A stretch of 63,516 bases of DNA, counting the filler, from Octopus bimaculoides (Eukaryota), in NCBI RefSeq assembly GCF_001194135.2. It is 4 parts of 3 records of this genome, joined end to end, with 100 filler letters (N's around TTAATTAATTAA, not from the genome) between each part and the next. Parts side by side here need not be neighbours in the genome. Positions count along the whole stretch, not along the records: positions 1 to 28,053 come from NC_068989.1; 3 more parts are not named here. One strand, written 5' to 3'. Positions 1-13,008 of this stretch are shown here, piece after piece (position 1 is the first letter of the stretch; every line of letters begins with the position of its first letter). The translations under genes were made by a program, and so were the position numbers. The notes beneath the pieces are model-generated. The model was not told the origin of the DNA and searched no databases. It worked only from the letters and a program-made list of their open reading frames with translations.

Positions 1-39
<39 letters not shown>

Positions 40-322
40 CATACACACATATATATGTAAATAGATAGGTAAATTGATTAATTAGTATATACCTCCCAGG
101 TAAAACAGTGTGAAATAGGATTGAGGAGGTTATGGATAGCTATAAGGCAGAATGGGTAGTGGCTAGGGTGATGTATCTGCACCAAGTGGAACAGAAATAT
201 CAACATAAATGAAAGTAAAACATCAACAATACACAAATATATGCTACGATATAATTTCCACTGATACTAGAGTAAGACATGAATATGTGGAGTATTATTC
301 CCATCATTTTACAAACACACAT

Positions 323-358
<36 letters not shown>

Positions 359-1393
359 TAAATGGTTTTCAGTCATTGAACAGTGGTCACGCTAGAGCAT
401 TGCCATCATAGGATTTTTAATCAATCACAAGTGAAGTACTTAGTTCAACCTGGTACTTATTTTATCATTCTATATTTGCAAATGGTAAGTAACGTTTATG
501 AGATGACAGTGGCTCTACGTAAACATAAACACATATATTAGCACATGAACAAATATACACAGACAGAAATGTATATATGTATTTATACAGCAATATGTGT
601 TCAACTAGTGTGCAGGTTAGCATTAGTTTCACAGCGTTGCTCTTCAGGCCCTGTTTACTAGGAGATGGTATATACAAAAATTCAATATATTTTCAAGTGA
701 CATTTTTTCATAATTTCGCTTCCATCAAAGTGAATAAATCATCTTCATGCTGTGTAATTCCACTTAATTGTGATATTAAAATCATTGAAAAATATCAATA
801 AAAGCAAAAAAAAAACCCCAGTTAAATGTGATTAAGGAGGATCAACCACTGTCAATAGGGTGATAACAGTGGTAGAGGAAGGGGTGTTGAGTGTTAGACA
901 AATAAAAAAAAGCGGAAACATAGCTGAAGTAAATGAGTGATTGGAGGAAATTTAGAAGAAGAAAGGGCAAAGATGTCTAAGATGAAGCAGTACCATGTGT
1001 CTGTGCTTATATGTGGCTCTAGTTTGGGCATCATAATGGTATTTTTCACTTGCATCATAGATATTTTACAGAATGTTTCTATTTCTGGCCAAGTATTTAA
1101 CCCTTTAGCATTCAGATTACTCTTTCAAATGTGATGTTTATTTATTCACAATTCTATTTTGTATGTTTAATAACTTCTATTTCTAGTATACTAAACAACC
1201 ATGTTAAGGATGGGCTGCCTTTCAGTTTATTTAAAACATTATAATTAAACTTTCAGTTTATTTATGTGTGAGTGTGTACACATATATATATATATGTATA
1301 TACGTGTTTTTGTGTGTGTGTGTGTGTGTGTGTGCGTGTGTGTGTATATATGTATGTATGTATATATATGCATGTGTATATGATGTATATGTA

Positions 1394-1432
<39 letters not shown>

Positions 1433-1531
1433 TTATTTATATAATACATATTAGACAATTTAGAGATCAGAATAGTGGCTGGTTTTTATGCCTAATAACT
1501 GTTATTTCTGGCATACTAAACAACCATATTG

Positions 1532-1775
1532 AGGCGCATGGCTTAGTGGTTAGGGTGTCAGCATCATCATCATAAGATTGTGGTTTCAATTCTTGGACTG
1601 GACGACGCGTTGTGTTCTTGAGCAAAACACTTCATTTCACATTGCTCCAGTTCACTCAGCTGGCAAAAATGAGTAATGCTGTGATGGACTGGCGTCCCGT
1701 CCAGCTGGGGAACACATAAGCCCTTGAAACCGGGAAACCGGCCCCATGAGCTTGGCTAGGCTTTAAAGGGCGCAA
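1532..1775 (+). mobile_element. tRNA-derived SINE (second family, CORE-like centre)
   Basis: Head ggcgcatggcttagtggttagg (box A-like) and ggtttcaattc (box B-like), central gtgttcttgagcaaaacactt, then gtgatggactggcgtcccgtccag and an A-rich end. Confidence 0.7.
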
Positions 1776-2006
1776 AAAAAACAACAAAAAAAACAACCAT
1801 ATTAAGGGCCGGCTACCTTTGAGTTTATTTAAAAGAGAGAGAAAAATGCTTTGCACAACAAATTCCAACATAATCGTAATCTACACCATCTGAGGTGTAT
1901 ATGTAGAAAATTTTATTAACAAATTATCCGTATTTCAGAAAGTTACCACACACACACACATAAATATATACATAGTATGTGTATGTATATATATGCATAT
2001 CATTGT

Positions 2007-2080
2007 CATCATCATTTAACATCCGTTTTCCATGCTGGCATGGGTTGGACAGTTTGACAGGGGCCAACAAGCCAGAGGTT
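2007..2080 (-). mobile_element. RTE-type LINE 3' tail fragment
   Basis: (CAT)n + ttaacatccgttttccatgctggcatgggttggac, the same tail as the ORF-bearing RTE copies at 27011 and 43682. Confidence 0.7.
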
Positions 2081-3565
2081 ATGTCCAAAAGCAAAGGACA
2101 CAGCTCTTACCTTGCCAAATTGATAAATAAATAAAAAGTGGCATACCATTGTCTAAAATAGGGTACCTTAGATATTATTCAGTATGTCCTTTGTTAAGAT
2201 GATCGGAAGTAATCTGCCAAAAATTTGACTATTATTTCTAGTTAGCTGAATGATCAGGCTCCTTCAGTTTGGGTTTATGGTTGGTGTTTTTAAGCCACAA
2301 GCTGGTTCTATGTGAATTGAAAAACAGATAAAATATTGAGTCTCGTACCACCACAGTTATTTTATTATGCACTCTAATAGATAATTGCAGCCTTTGATCA
2401 TGTCATCCCATGTTCCAATATTCCCATATCGCTATTTTGGCCATTATTAATTTGTAACCATTCCATTATATAATCTCTGTTAGTTCTGACTGATGTCATA
2501 TCATACAACATTGAAATGAAAAAGTCATATCAATTTCTTTAATGACAGTTAAGCCTCCCCACTAATAACTTTGTCTTCACATAACATGCTGAGGGGATGT
2601 CTGCTTAACAGAAACCATTTCTTCCATTTCAGAATATTTTCTATTTGAAGAAATTGCTGGTTTGTGAAATAGATGAAGTAAAATTCCTTTATAGTGCTTG
2701 TCCCACAGAAGAATAGTTTAACTGACTACACAGAGGTGACTTGCAAACACAACCAGTTGTGTTATGTTGTTCCATAAAGCCATATGCACTAATAATTCAC
2801 TTATCACTAGGCTAGAATGTATACAGAAGACCATGTTTCTTTGAAGAGGTGTAATAAGACTAAAATATGCCCCAATTTGTCCCTATCTTTCCAAAAGATC
2901 AGATTAAATTGACCATGAATTGTTGTAAGGTTTTCTTCCTGGCTCACTGTATGCATAATTTTAACTAAGATTTCGTAATTTCTATAACTCTTACTTCACT
3001 TCATTATATATAAGTATTGATCTGATGGTTTCCTTTAGTTAAATGTAATTGCTCTCTTCATTAAGCAAAACAGCTTTGACTTTGATATTTGTTTTCTATG
3101 GAGATGATATTACTGAGCAATTTCTCTGTCATTATATACAAAATAGAGTGTAATAAGGTTACAGCTATTTGTTTAAATTTTATATCAAGTTTAAATTTAG
3201 ATTATGAACAATTGAAGGATTTAGCATTTCATTTATAGATTTTCCCTTCTAAATTTTTGTATTGCAGTAAGCATTAACCAACTAATTACAAATAATTATA
3301 AGGCAAGGAGAAAACAATATTAGATCATGACTAAAATTAGTTTCACTATCTGACGAAGTACAGAAAATATTTCAGTCTAATTTGACATTGTCAGCAAAGA
3401 TGTCACCTTATTTGCCAAAATGGTAATTAGAGGATCATCCAGCAGATGTAGAAATTTTTCATGAACTAGCATGAAAATAAGCATCTTCTAGAGAATCAAT
3501 TACTGAAAACAAAAAACAAACTTATATTTTGCTATTTAATTTCTGTTATTTCAAATAATGACTAT

Positions 3566-3756
3566 AGATGCAAGCATTGGTGTGTGGTTAAAAATTTTGA
3601 TTCTCAACCATGTAAGTTTCAGGTTCAGTCCCACTGTGCAATATCTTGCGCAAGTGATCTCTATTGCAGCTTAGGGCCAACCAAAGCTTTGTTAATGGAT
3701 TTGGTTGATATGGAAACTGAAAAAATACAGTGGTGTATATATTTATATATATGCAT
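3566..3756 (+). mobile_element. Degenerate 5' half of the main tRNA-derived SINE, ending in its (TA)n tract
   Basis: Aligns by eye to the head of the 32902-33300 copy (ggttcagtcccactg...ccaaagc...ggatttgg...ggaaactgaaa). Confidence 0.7.
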
Positions 3757-4490
3757 TAAACTTGCAAGAAATGAAGCTAGTATGCTCTGCTGGATGTGTA
3801 ATGTCAGTGTGCATACACGACAGAGTGTAAGCGCCCTGAGAGAAAAGTTGGACATTAGAAGCATCAGATGTGGTGTGCAAGAGAGACGAATGGGCTGGTA
3901 TGGTCATGTGGCGAGAATGGATGAGGACAACTGTGTGAAAAAGTGTCACAGATTAACAGTGGAGGGAACCTGTGGAAGAGGTAGTCCCAGGAAGACCTGC
4001 GATGAGGTGGTGAAGCACGACCTTTGAACGCTGGGCTTCATGGAGGCAATGACAAGCAGCCAAGACCTTTGGAGATATGCTGTGCTTGAGAAGATCCAGC
4101 AAGCCAAGTGAGACCATAGCCATGGCCTATGCCAGTGTCACATAACTGTCCCATTTAAGAGTGCCCCTCAATCATTGGGCAGTATACTGTGCTTGAGAAG
4201 ACCTGTTGAATCAAGTGAAATCATTGTTGTGGCTGATGCCAGTACTGCCTGGCTGGCACATAAAAAGCACCATATGAGTGTGATTGATGCCAGTGCTGCC
4301 TGACTGGCCCCTGTGCTGGTGGCATGTAAAAATCACCCACTACACTCTCGGAGTGGTTGGCATTAGGAAGGGCATCCAGCTGTAGAAACCTTGCCAGACC
4401 AGATTGGAGACTGGTCTAGCCTCCTCGCTTGCCAGTCCTCAGTCAAACTGTCCAACCCATGCTAGCATGGAAAGCAGACGATGATGATGA
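3757..4490 (+). mobile_element. 5'-truncated RTE-clade LINE (ORF2 C-terminus, 3' UTR and (GAT)n tail)
   Basis: Peptide RNEASMLCWMCNVS...RRMGWYGHVARMDEDNCVKKCHRLTVEGTCGRGSPRKT (RTE-type W.GHV.RM...GRPRK.W motif); ends gacgatgatgatga. Confidence 0.9.
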
Positions 4491-4924
4491 TATATATATA
4501 TATATTATATGTAATAAGCACAGGGATGATTATGAAGTAAGACGTATGCTTTCCAAGCACATGATTCCAGGTTCAGTCCCACTGCAAGGACCTTGAGGAA
4601 GTGTCTTCTGTTATGGCTCATGAGCAGATTTCATAAACTGGAACTCAAAGAAGCCCATTGTATATATATATATATATCTGTGTGTGTGTATGTTTGTGTT
4701 ACTGTTGCCTGGCATTGATATCATGTGAGAGTAGTGAATGTTACTATCATGCAGTAGATGTATTTTGTTTACAATCTTCAGCAAAAAATAGTTCTGGTTA
4801 TGGAGAAATATTGCATGACTTGGAAACAGGTGAGGGTTGAGACTGAAAGGGCATCTGGCCATAGAATATATGTCTCAACAAATTCTGTCTGACCCACTGG
4901 AAATTGAAAATTGAAACAATGAGG

Positions 4925-4976
<52 letters not shown>

Positions 4977-5775
4977 ATGTGCTTGTTTATATCTTGCTTC
5001 TATGAAAGTAGTGATGTACAGAAAATGTTAGAGTCAGTTCTTCTATAAACAAATCAACTGCTCACTTCACACCTTCAAAGTTGCATGGAGTAAGAAATGT
5101 CTTATTGAATAACACATAAGGATTATCTATAGAAAGGGCATCAAGCTGAAAAACTAAGTTTCAATAATATATTAGTCAAACCCCGTAAGCAGAGAAAAAA
5201 AGGACACAAAATTAATGAACAAATGAAGAAGCTGTAAATTTTAGCTAAACTACTGCTGCAGACCAAAATATTATTTTACAGACATTCATTCACAGTATTT
5301 GGTTTTTATAATTCAAATTGTCATAAAGTTTTGAAATATTAATTTCTGACATAGACACAAATCCACACATTTTACTCAAGAGTATTGTCAGCTTAAATCA
5401 ATCTCAGTATTTCCTTGATATCTTATTTTATCAACACCATTAAGAATTAAAGGCAAAGTTAGACTCAGCAGTATTTAAAGCTAGAATGTTCTAATGATTC
5501 TGCTAATCCACTGAAATTTTAGGAGAGGGAGTAAATTGATTACATCGACCTCAGTGCTCAACTGGTAGTTATTTTATTGACCCCCACTCCAAAAGGATGA
5601 AGGATAAAGCTGACCTTGGCCGAGTTTGAATTCAGAATTTCTAGACAAATGAATGTAAAGACAAATGAACTGCTGCTAAGCATTTTGCTTCGCTTACTTG
5701 CAATTCTGCCAGCACACTGCCTTAATCCACTGAAAAATTTACAAAAAAGACAACTGTATATGATTTTTTATTATA

Positions 5776-6653
5776 TTGAGTCATCCCATGAATAATGCAG
5801 TCTTTTTCAATTGCATGAACTAAACATTGGAAGGGGATGAGATAAACTACCTGCATCAACTTTCTATAAAAGGAGGTAGTAATTTTACCTTGTACTTATT
5901 CTTAGTGCTAGTATTGAAGAGTGTAGTTCGATTTTAACAGTTATTTTTTCAAAGCTATAATGGAAATTATAAAGGAACATATTTGGCATATTTTGCTTTA
6001 TGAGTTCAATAAAGATAACAATGCAATAGAAAGTACAAGGAATATTAATGCAGTATATGGGGATCAGACAATAATCATAAGCCAGTGTCAACGGTGGTTC
6101 CAGAAATTCCGAGCTGGAAACTATAGCCTTGACCTGGAAGTTCTGTAGAGCTTGACAAGGACGTCCTGCAAAGTTTGGTGCAACAAAATCCCATTATAAC
6201 TGTTTAGGAACTTGCAGAGATGCTTGGATTTGGTCATTCAAGTCAACACTGAAAGAAAAATGACCATTTTTGGTTTCAAGATGAAAGATGTTTTCCCATT
6301 AGGATAATTCTTGGCCACATACTGCAAGGATGGCATTCCAAAGCCTGGAGCAGTTTGAATTGGAAACGATGCCCCACTCACCATATTCGCTGGACATTGC
6401 CCCATCTGATTATCATTTATTCTGCAGTCTTCGATATCATTTGGATGAAAAAAAATATGAATTCTGTAGACAAGGTCAGAACAGTATTGGAGGAGTATTT
6501 TTTGCCATGGGGGCCTTGCAATTCTACCAAATAGATGGAAGAGCATTGTAGAAAATGAAAGAGAGTATATTCTAGATTAAAAAAGAACTTGGTTTATCTT
6601 AATTTTGAAAAATAAAAGTATAAAAAACCGCATTATTTTATGGGATGACCCAA
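5776..6653 (+). mobile_element. Internally deleted mariner transposon with both TIRs and TA TSD
   Basis: TIRs ttgagtcatcccatgaataatgcagtc / accgcattattttatgggatgacccaa are each flanked by TA. HTH remnant (HILLYEFNK...SQCQRWFQKFRAGNYSL) and catalytic remnant (MPHSPYSLDIAPSDYHLF, the mariner PYSPDLAPSD motif). Confidence 0.92.
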
Positions 6654-6819
6654 TAATTAGAACTTGGATTGTGTTGATGTTTGAGGCATTTGTGATTTAT
6701 TGGTGCAGATATTTAGTTGTTATATGATTTAGTGAGTAAACTGTATTACTTTCTTCCAATTGTCTGTGTAATATAACAACATGTAGCTAATGTTATCTCT
6801 GGAGTAATGTTACTTGACA

Positions 6820-7158
6820 GAGTACAAACTTGGAGATGAGGAAGTCTCTCCAGATCACGCACTACTTCTACACATTAAGAGATCACAGCTCCAGTATTAT
6901 AGACCTGTGATTAGAATATTATGAGAAAAATTTACTAGAGGATTCTTCAAGTTAAACCGACTGGCAGGTAACCTTGGGGTAGAGTCAAGACTGACATGAT
7001 TGGCCCATATTTACAGGCTCAGTCGATCTTGCCTGGGAATCCAGAAAGTATAATGATGGTTGCTTCTGATAGGAGCTTATGGAGGAGATGCCTGAGGGTT
7101 CTACATCCATGACACAACCAAGAATAGTCATCAGTGAAGATGAATGGATGGATGGATA
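6820..7158 (+). mobile_element. Old RTE-type LINE 3' fragment (different subfamily)
   Basis: Degenerate peptide ALLLHIKRSQLQYYRPVIRI...LQVKPTGR*PWGR and a (GATG)n tail. Confidence 0.6.
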
Positions 7159-9628
7159 TTTGGTTATCTTATGAAAGATTTAAGAAGTTTGTCTTGCAAC
7201 AACAAATACCACTGTGTGACATCTTAGGCAAACATTTCCTGCCCCAGCCTCAAGTTGGCCAGATCCTTATTTGTTAATGTTGGTAGACAGAAAACATGTG
7301 GAAATACATTAGAGGAACTGCTTATGTTTTTAAATAGTAGACTTAATTTGTCACCTATGTTAACAACCTCTAAAGTCCTGTGGGTCTTAGGTACCCTTGG
7401 AATTTGCTCTGCTCTAAGTGTTCAGATAAGGTCTCCATTCTAAGGATAGCTTCCTTCCACCAATCTTGGATATTTTGGAAATGGTCATGAGTACTGTAAT
7501 TTTGCCCTTGACTAAGCTAAAAATAAAAAAATTAAAATGTGCTTCTTGTATAAAAGCTGTGTTGGTCTGATGTTATCATTGTAATTATTCTGAATCATAA
7601 CAAGGTGTTTCAATCATTAAAAACAATGACAGGTTGAAACTTCTACAGTAACAAGTGATGGCTGAAGAAACTATATTATTAACTTATTGTTTATTTTGGA
7701 TTAATTTTATAGTTAGAAGCAATTTTTGAATCAATTCTACAAAGATGATACAATGAGAAATTTTACCAGCAATTTCTATAGTCTAATCAGCAGCTATTTA
7801 TTTCATTCAATTGAACTGATGGAATTGAGGGTGATGAGGGTGGTGGTTAGTGTTTGGTGTAAGAATTGGCTGAAGCTCACACATATAAACTGAAGAATAT
7901 TGAAATTAATTCACAAAGAGATGTAGAGTAAATTTACAACGACATTTTGATGTAGAAATGAGTTAGTGTTGAGGGAATTAAAACAATACAAATTAGAATT
8001 TTCCATTGCTCATTCATTAATCATTGGCACTAACTTTGACAACACTTGCTATCTGAAACCACGAAACAATAAAATATCTCTTGGGATTAATGTATTTAAA
8101 AAAAAAGTTTTCTTATTCTCTCCCTCTGTCTTTCATTATTTCTTTCATTCCTGTTCTGTTCTTTCGTATTTTTATACTTCCTTTTAATGTTTTTTTATCA
8201 CTTTTTCATTTACTTCTTACTCTTCTTTCTCCTTCATTGTCATTTTTTTTTATCATCTTTCATTCTTTTTTCTTTTCCACTTTTTTATTTTTTTACTTTT
8301 CCATCAACTCCCACCTCGTTTTCTTTCTTTCTACAGTTGGTTACTGAGTTGATCACTAATTCAATTTAAATCAAACTAAATTCTGTACTTAAACAATTAA
8401 ATACCGATTCCGTTTAGTTCTTGCATGTGTTGGCTTTGATTTAATAGTAATCTGACAAAAAAGCAAATTACTTCATTCTTCTATCAATGATGATTTTTAC
8501 GAAAGAATATTCATTTCCTTTCCATAGCAATTTATGTTTTTTGTGTGTATGTTTGTATTTGTTTTGGCAATAGTGAACTTGTTGCAAATACTAAAGAATT
8601 AAACTAGTAAATGTTTACTTTTCATGTTCAATATCTCCTAAGTAGGAGCTCATATACTACTCAAGTCTATTTACATTTATTTAGTGAATAGATATTTTCA
8701 AAATGGGATACCAGCTTAAAGCTGCAAAGGCTCTTTATTGGTGGGGTTGTATTGGAAAGTTCCAATAAGGTTCTGTAGGTTATGTTATTGTTATTTAACT
8801 CTAAGTTACCTTGAACACACAGGTCTATGATCAAGGGCTATGTTTTCTGGGATAGTTGACTGCTATTTCTTGCATCTCAAGAAGAAATGTAAAGATTCAC
8901 TTGTTACCTCCTCATAGCTTCACTATCAAAGAATGAAGTTTTATCAACATAATTCAGTATCTTACATTTATCCTTTCTTATCAAATTTCTGTGGATTTGT
9001 ATGACTTACTACCACCAACTTAGAAATCTTCAAGAACTATATAAACAGTTGATACTGCTCTAATCCTGCTCAGTTATACTGCTGCAAGACTTATGCATGA
9101 ACATACATCATACAAGCATGGCTATGCGCTTAAGGTTACTTAAAAACCACATGGTTTTAAGTTCAGTCCTATCATATAGCAAGTGCCTACAATAACCCCA
9201 GTCTGATCAACGCCTTGTGAGAATATGTGGTAGATGGAAACTGCAGAAGTCTATCATATATTATGTAACATACTGTATCACATGAAAATACTGACAGGTA
9301 GTCATTGCAGTACTGAGAAAGTACATAATGAGTATGAATTCAAAAAAGATACTGAGGGCATTCATTGTTTCAGCCCAGGTCAGCATTGTAACCATCATAT
9401 TTTTATAACTGAAGAACTGTATTGCGAAACATATCCTTCTTTAAATTTGGCAGACTTGTAGCTGTTCATAGCAGGTGAGTGACTGCTCCATTTGGTTGAT
9501 GAAGATTGTTATTGTAAAAGTTTGGCAGGTACTTGAAGGAAATTACATCACTGACATACATTCATCATCCATATAGTGGATGAGGATTGACAGAAAAATT
9601 TAGTGATATATGGCACTTATATGTAATA

Positions 9629-10101
9629 CAGGTTGATAATCCTTTCTCCAAAATTCCAAAATCTGTAAGCTTTTAGATTGCTGACATGATACACTATAAA
9701 TGGAAAATTCTACAAAGTGCTGTTTTTTAATCACATCATACACCCTGGCCTATTCCCCATTTTTTAAAAATTTTTAGGAGTGGGTAGTCACAGCAAGGCA
9801 TACACCAGGCATTCCATTCATTTCCCATATAAATGATAATATATGAGTCTCCACCTACAATGTCATCTATTGATCAAAAGGTTTAAGTACACATACATCA
9901 TTTGTGTTTTATTTTTACTGAATTGATATTAGATATTTACATAAGGTATCAAAAAGCAGTTACTATATTATGAAATGTAAATAGATATTGTGTTTAGATT
10001 TGACTCTCATCCCCAAGCTGTTCAATTTTATAGATGCAAATATAAAGATACTCTGAAATATGCAACACTTTCAGTCCCAGCAATTTTGGATTCTCAATCT
10101 G
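9629..10101. mobile_element. Tigger/pogo-like non-autonomous element (MITE)
   Basis: TA|caggttgataatcc ... ggattctcaatctg|TA; the subterminal segments (gctgacatga...tggaaaattc; catccccaag...atgcaaatat...cagtcccagca) resemble Tigger4/MER46 ends as I recall them. Confidence 0.7.
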
Positions 10102-11739
10102 TACTGAATACATAATTGCTGGTATATGACACTTGATATGTAATAACTGTTGTATAATACTTGGTGTAAAAAGAAGTGCAGAGACAATTGTCGCTTGTGA
10201 ACAAGTATGGCTTGGAAGCATGTACTGTACTTTTGCTGATGGTTTTAGGTGCCTATGTGGTGATGAGCAGATATAGACACCATCACAGCCATCCTGCATC
10301 TTAGTGGACATGTAGGAGGTGACAGCTGGAGAGAGAGAAAGCAGCACCAGCATGAAATGCCTTACTCAAGTTCTCAATGCACTGATAGGGCCAAGAACTC
10401 AACTCACAACCTTATAATCATGTTTCAAATACTGTAACAGCCTACATACCTTCGTAATATTTGATGTATTAAATGTGATAAATAATACATTACGTGGTGT
10501 CAGTAATACAGAAATGATAGAGGTAGGGCCGATGTAGCTTTGTCGTTACCGATTAAACTTATGTCATACAAAAGTACATTTGTCAATGAAGTTAATCATA
10601 TTTAGAAAGGGTTTATTGTTTGGGGACTGAAAACTTCCTTCAATACTATAAATAAATAAGTTTGAATGTTTTCTTTTGTGTGTGTGTTGCCAAATACTTG
10701 TCTAGATTACTAATACACTAATGAGGTGATACTACATCAATTTGGTTCTAATGAGGCATTGAACCAGAAAACTGAACTTAATTCTTTGATAACCTTTTAT
10801 CTCAATCCAAAGACTGCTGTGGTTGTGATTAATATGATCCATGTACAATTAATTACATCAACTTATTGTTTGTAGAATTTATGGTTTTTATGTAGAGTGT
10901 AATCAGTTCAGTCAATTTCATCTTTGACCAGTCAAGTCAGTGTCAGGCTAATTCATATTTACAGTTCTTTAGTTATTCAGCTGGCCCTTATGGAAATACA
11001 ATAAGTGACCTCTAATTCTTGCCACAGACACAATAATTTTATGCTTCATATTTACACTTAATTGTATTTATAAAAATAGAGAGTTGGGGGGGGGGACATG
11101 AGTCAATGAGGGAGCCACTACATATTTGTTTGACCTGCCTGAAATATCAGTCAAAACTCCTTCAAATCACATCCCTATTCATGTCCCTGTCATGGTAAAA
11201 ATGGGAAAGATACATTACACGAAGCCCCCTGGATTCACATGTCCGAAAAAATCAAAGAAAGAAGGTCATAGCTGGAATTTCTTTGATTACATGCTTTTCA
11301 ATCAAGGATTACCTGGAGTTAATCAACAAAAGCAATGCAACTCCCACCACACATGCATGCGCACTCATGCAGCAGTTTCACAAGATCCTGGATCAACTGG
11401 TAATGTAAGTGTTCTGCAGCCATGTCCCCATTAACAGATGTAAAATAAACACTACAATTAACAGTTAGTGAGAGTTGACAGGCAGTTTTGATGAATTAAT
11501 GTTTCGTGCATGTACTCTCTCTTTCTCTCTCTCTCTCTACCTGTCTATTATACGCTTCTCTGTCTATTTGTCTTGTTTCTCTCTCTCTCTCTCTCTCTCT
11601 CCAACCCTTGAAGGTATTAACTGTGTTCAGACTTCAGACAAGCTTGAAGAATGATGGGCTCCCCAAGGTTTACAAATGCCCACAGTATGTAATATAGGCT
11701 ACCCCTATGACTGTATTATGAGTTGAGATAGACAGTATT

Positions 11740-11859
11740 TCTATCTGTCTATCTATCTATCTATCTATCCATCTATCCATCTATCTCTCTGTCCAGCTCT
11801 CTTTCCACTTGCCTGTATATCCATCTATTTGTTTGTCTATCCATTCATTTATCTCTCTC

Positions 11860-11901
<42 letters not shown>

Positions 11902-12110
11902 TCTATCTATCTATCTATCTATCTATCTCTATTTGTTTATTTATCTAGCTGTTTATCTATATCTCTGTCTGTCTATCTATCCTCCTGTCTGGACATCCAT
12001 CTATTTCTCTGTATATCCATCCGTCTGTCTGTCTATCTAACCCTCTCTCTCTCTTTCTCTCTCCCTATCTATCTATCTGTCTAACTACATCATCTATCTA
12101 ACTAGCTGTC
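11740..12110. repeat. Compound (CT)n/(CTAT)n microsatellite
   Basis: Direct inspection. Confidence 0.9.
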
Positions 12111-12282
12111 TCTTGTTTTAAGCATAGTGAAATTTTGTGTGTTAAATTACATATACTGGGTTTTTGTTGGAAAAGGTTTGTATTGGAAGAAATTAGTTTC
12201 AAGTCAGTCTGTTATTATATCTTTATTGCACCACATTTGTCTTTCTAAGAGTAGTAACAATTAACAATAAATGAATAGAGAT

Positions 12283-12450
12283 GCAAGTGTGACTGTGTGA
12301 TAAGAAGCTTGCTTCTTAACCATATAGTTCTGGGTTCAGTCCCATTGCATGACACCTTGTGCAAGTGTCTTCTACTATAGCCTCGGACTGACCAAAGCCT
12401 TGTGAGTGGATTTGGTAGACAACATCTGAAAGAAGCCCATCATGTATATA
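12283..12450 (+). mobile_element. 5' half of main SINE, ending at its TA tract
   Basis: gtgactgtgtgataag...gggttcagtccc...accttgtgcaagtgtcttctactatagcc...gaaagaagcccatcatgtata. Confidence 0.85.
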
Positions 12451-13008
12451 CAGGGTTATTCAAAAAGAATGAACCAATTTCATTACGCAGTATTTTAATA
12501 AGGAAAAGCAATAGAAAACTCCAGCTAAGTTACAAGTATTTACTCACAGTCAACTTTTATTTCCTGTCTTACAAGTGTTCAATGTGGCCACCACCTGCAG
12601 TACGGGCAACATCAATGCGATAAGAGAATTCCCCCTCCCCCAGAAGTGTGTATCGGCATATCACAATCCACTGTGTGTGTGTGATCCACCGTGTGTGATT
12701 TTTTTTCTTGTGGAGATATGTAAAAGATCACGTTTATGTTCCACCACTACCCTATAACCTTGATGACCTTAAACATCGAATAACCAGAGTGATCAATTCA
12801 GTGGATTATGATATGTTGATATGCATCTGGGAGGAATTCTCTTATCACATTGATGTTGCTCATGCTGCAGGTGGTGGCCATAGTGAACACTTGTAAGACA
12901 GGAAATAAAATTTGATTGTGAGTAAATACTTGCGACTTAGCTGGAGTTTTCTATTGCTTTTCTTTATTAACATATTGCGTAATGAAATTGGTTAATTCTT
13001 TTTGAATA
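12451..13008 (+). mobile_element. Non-autonomous Tc1/mariner (rosa/DD41D-like) element with ~220-bp inverted arms
   Basis: Transposase C-terminus WRYVKDHVYVPPLPYNLDDLKHRIT...IWEEFSYHIDVAHAAGGGHSEHL* at 12708-12896; 12451-12673 is the reverse complement of 12797-13008; begins TA|cagggttattc. Confidence 0.82.

Noticed and set aside
1532-1610. tRNA-like heads with box A/B (also 33230-33300 and 37132-37200)
   Set aside because: No cloverleaf, and they continue into SINE bodies; these are SINE heads, not tRNA genes.
10480-10640. Possible box C/D snoRNA (aATGATAg ... CTGA)
   Set aside because: Imperfect C box, no terminal stem and no recognisable rRNA-antisense element.
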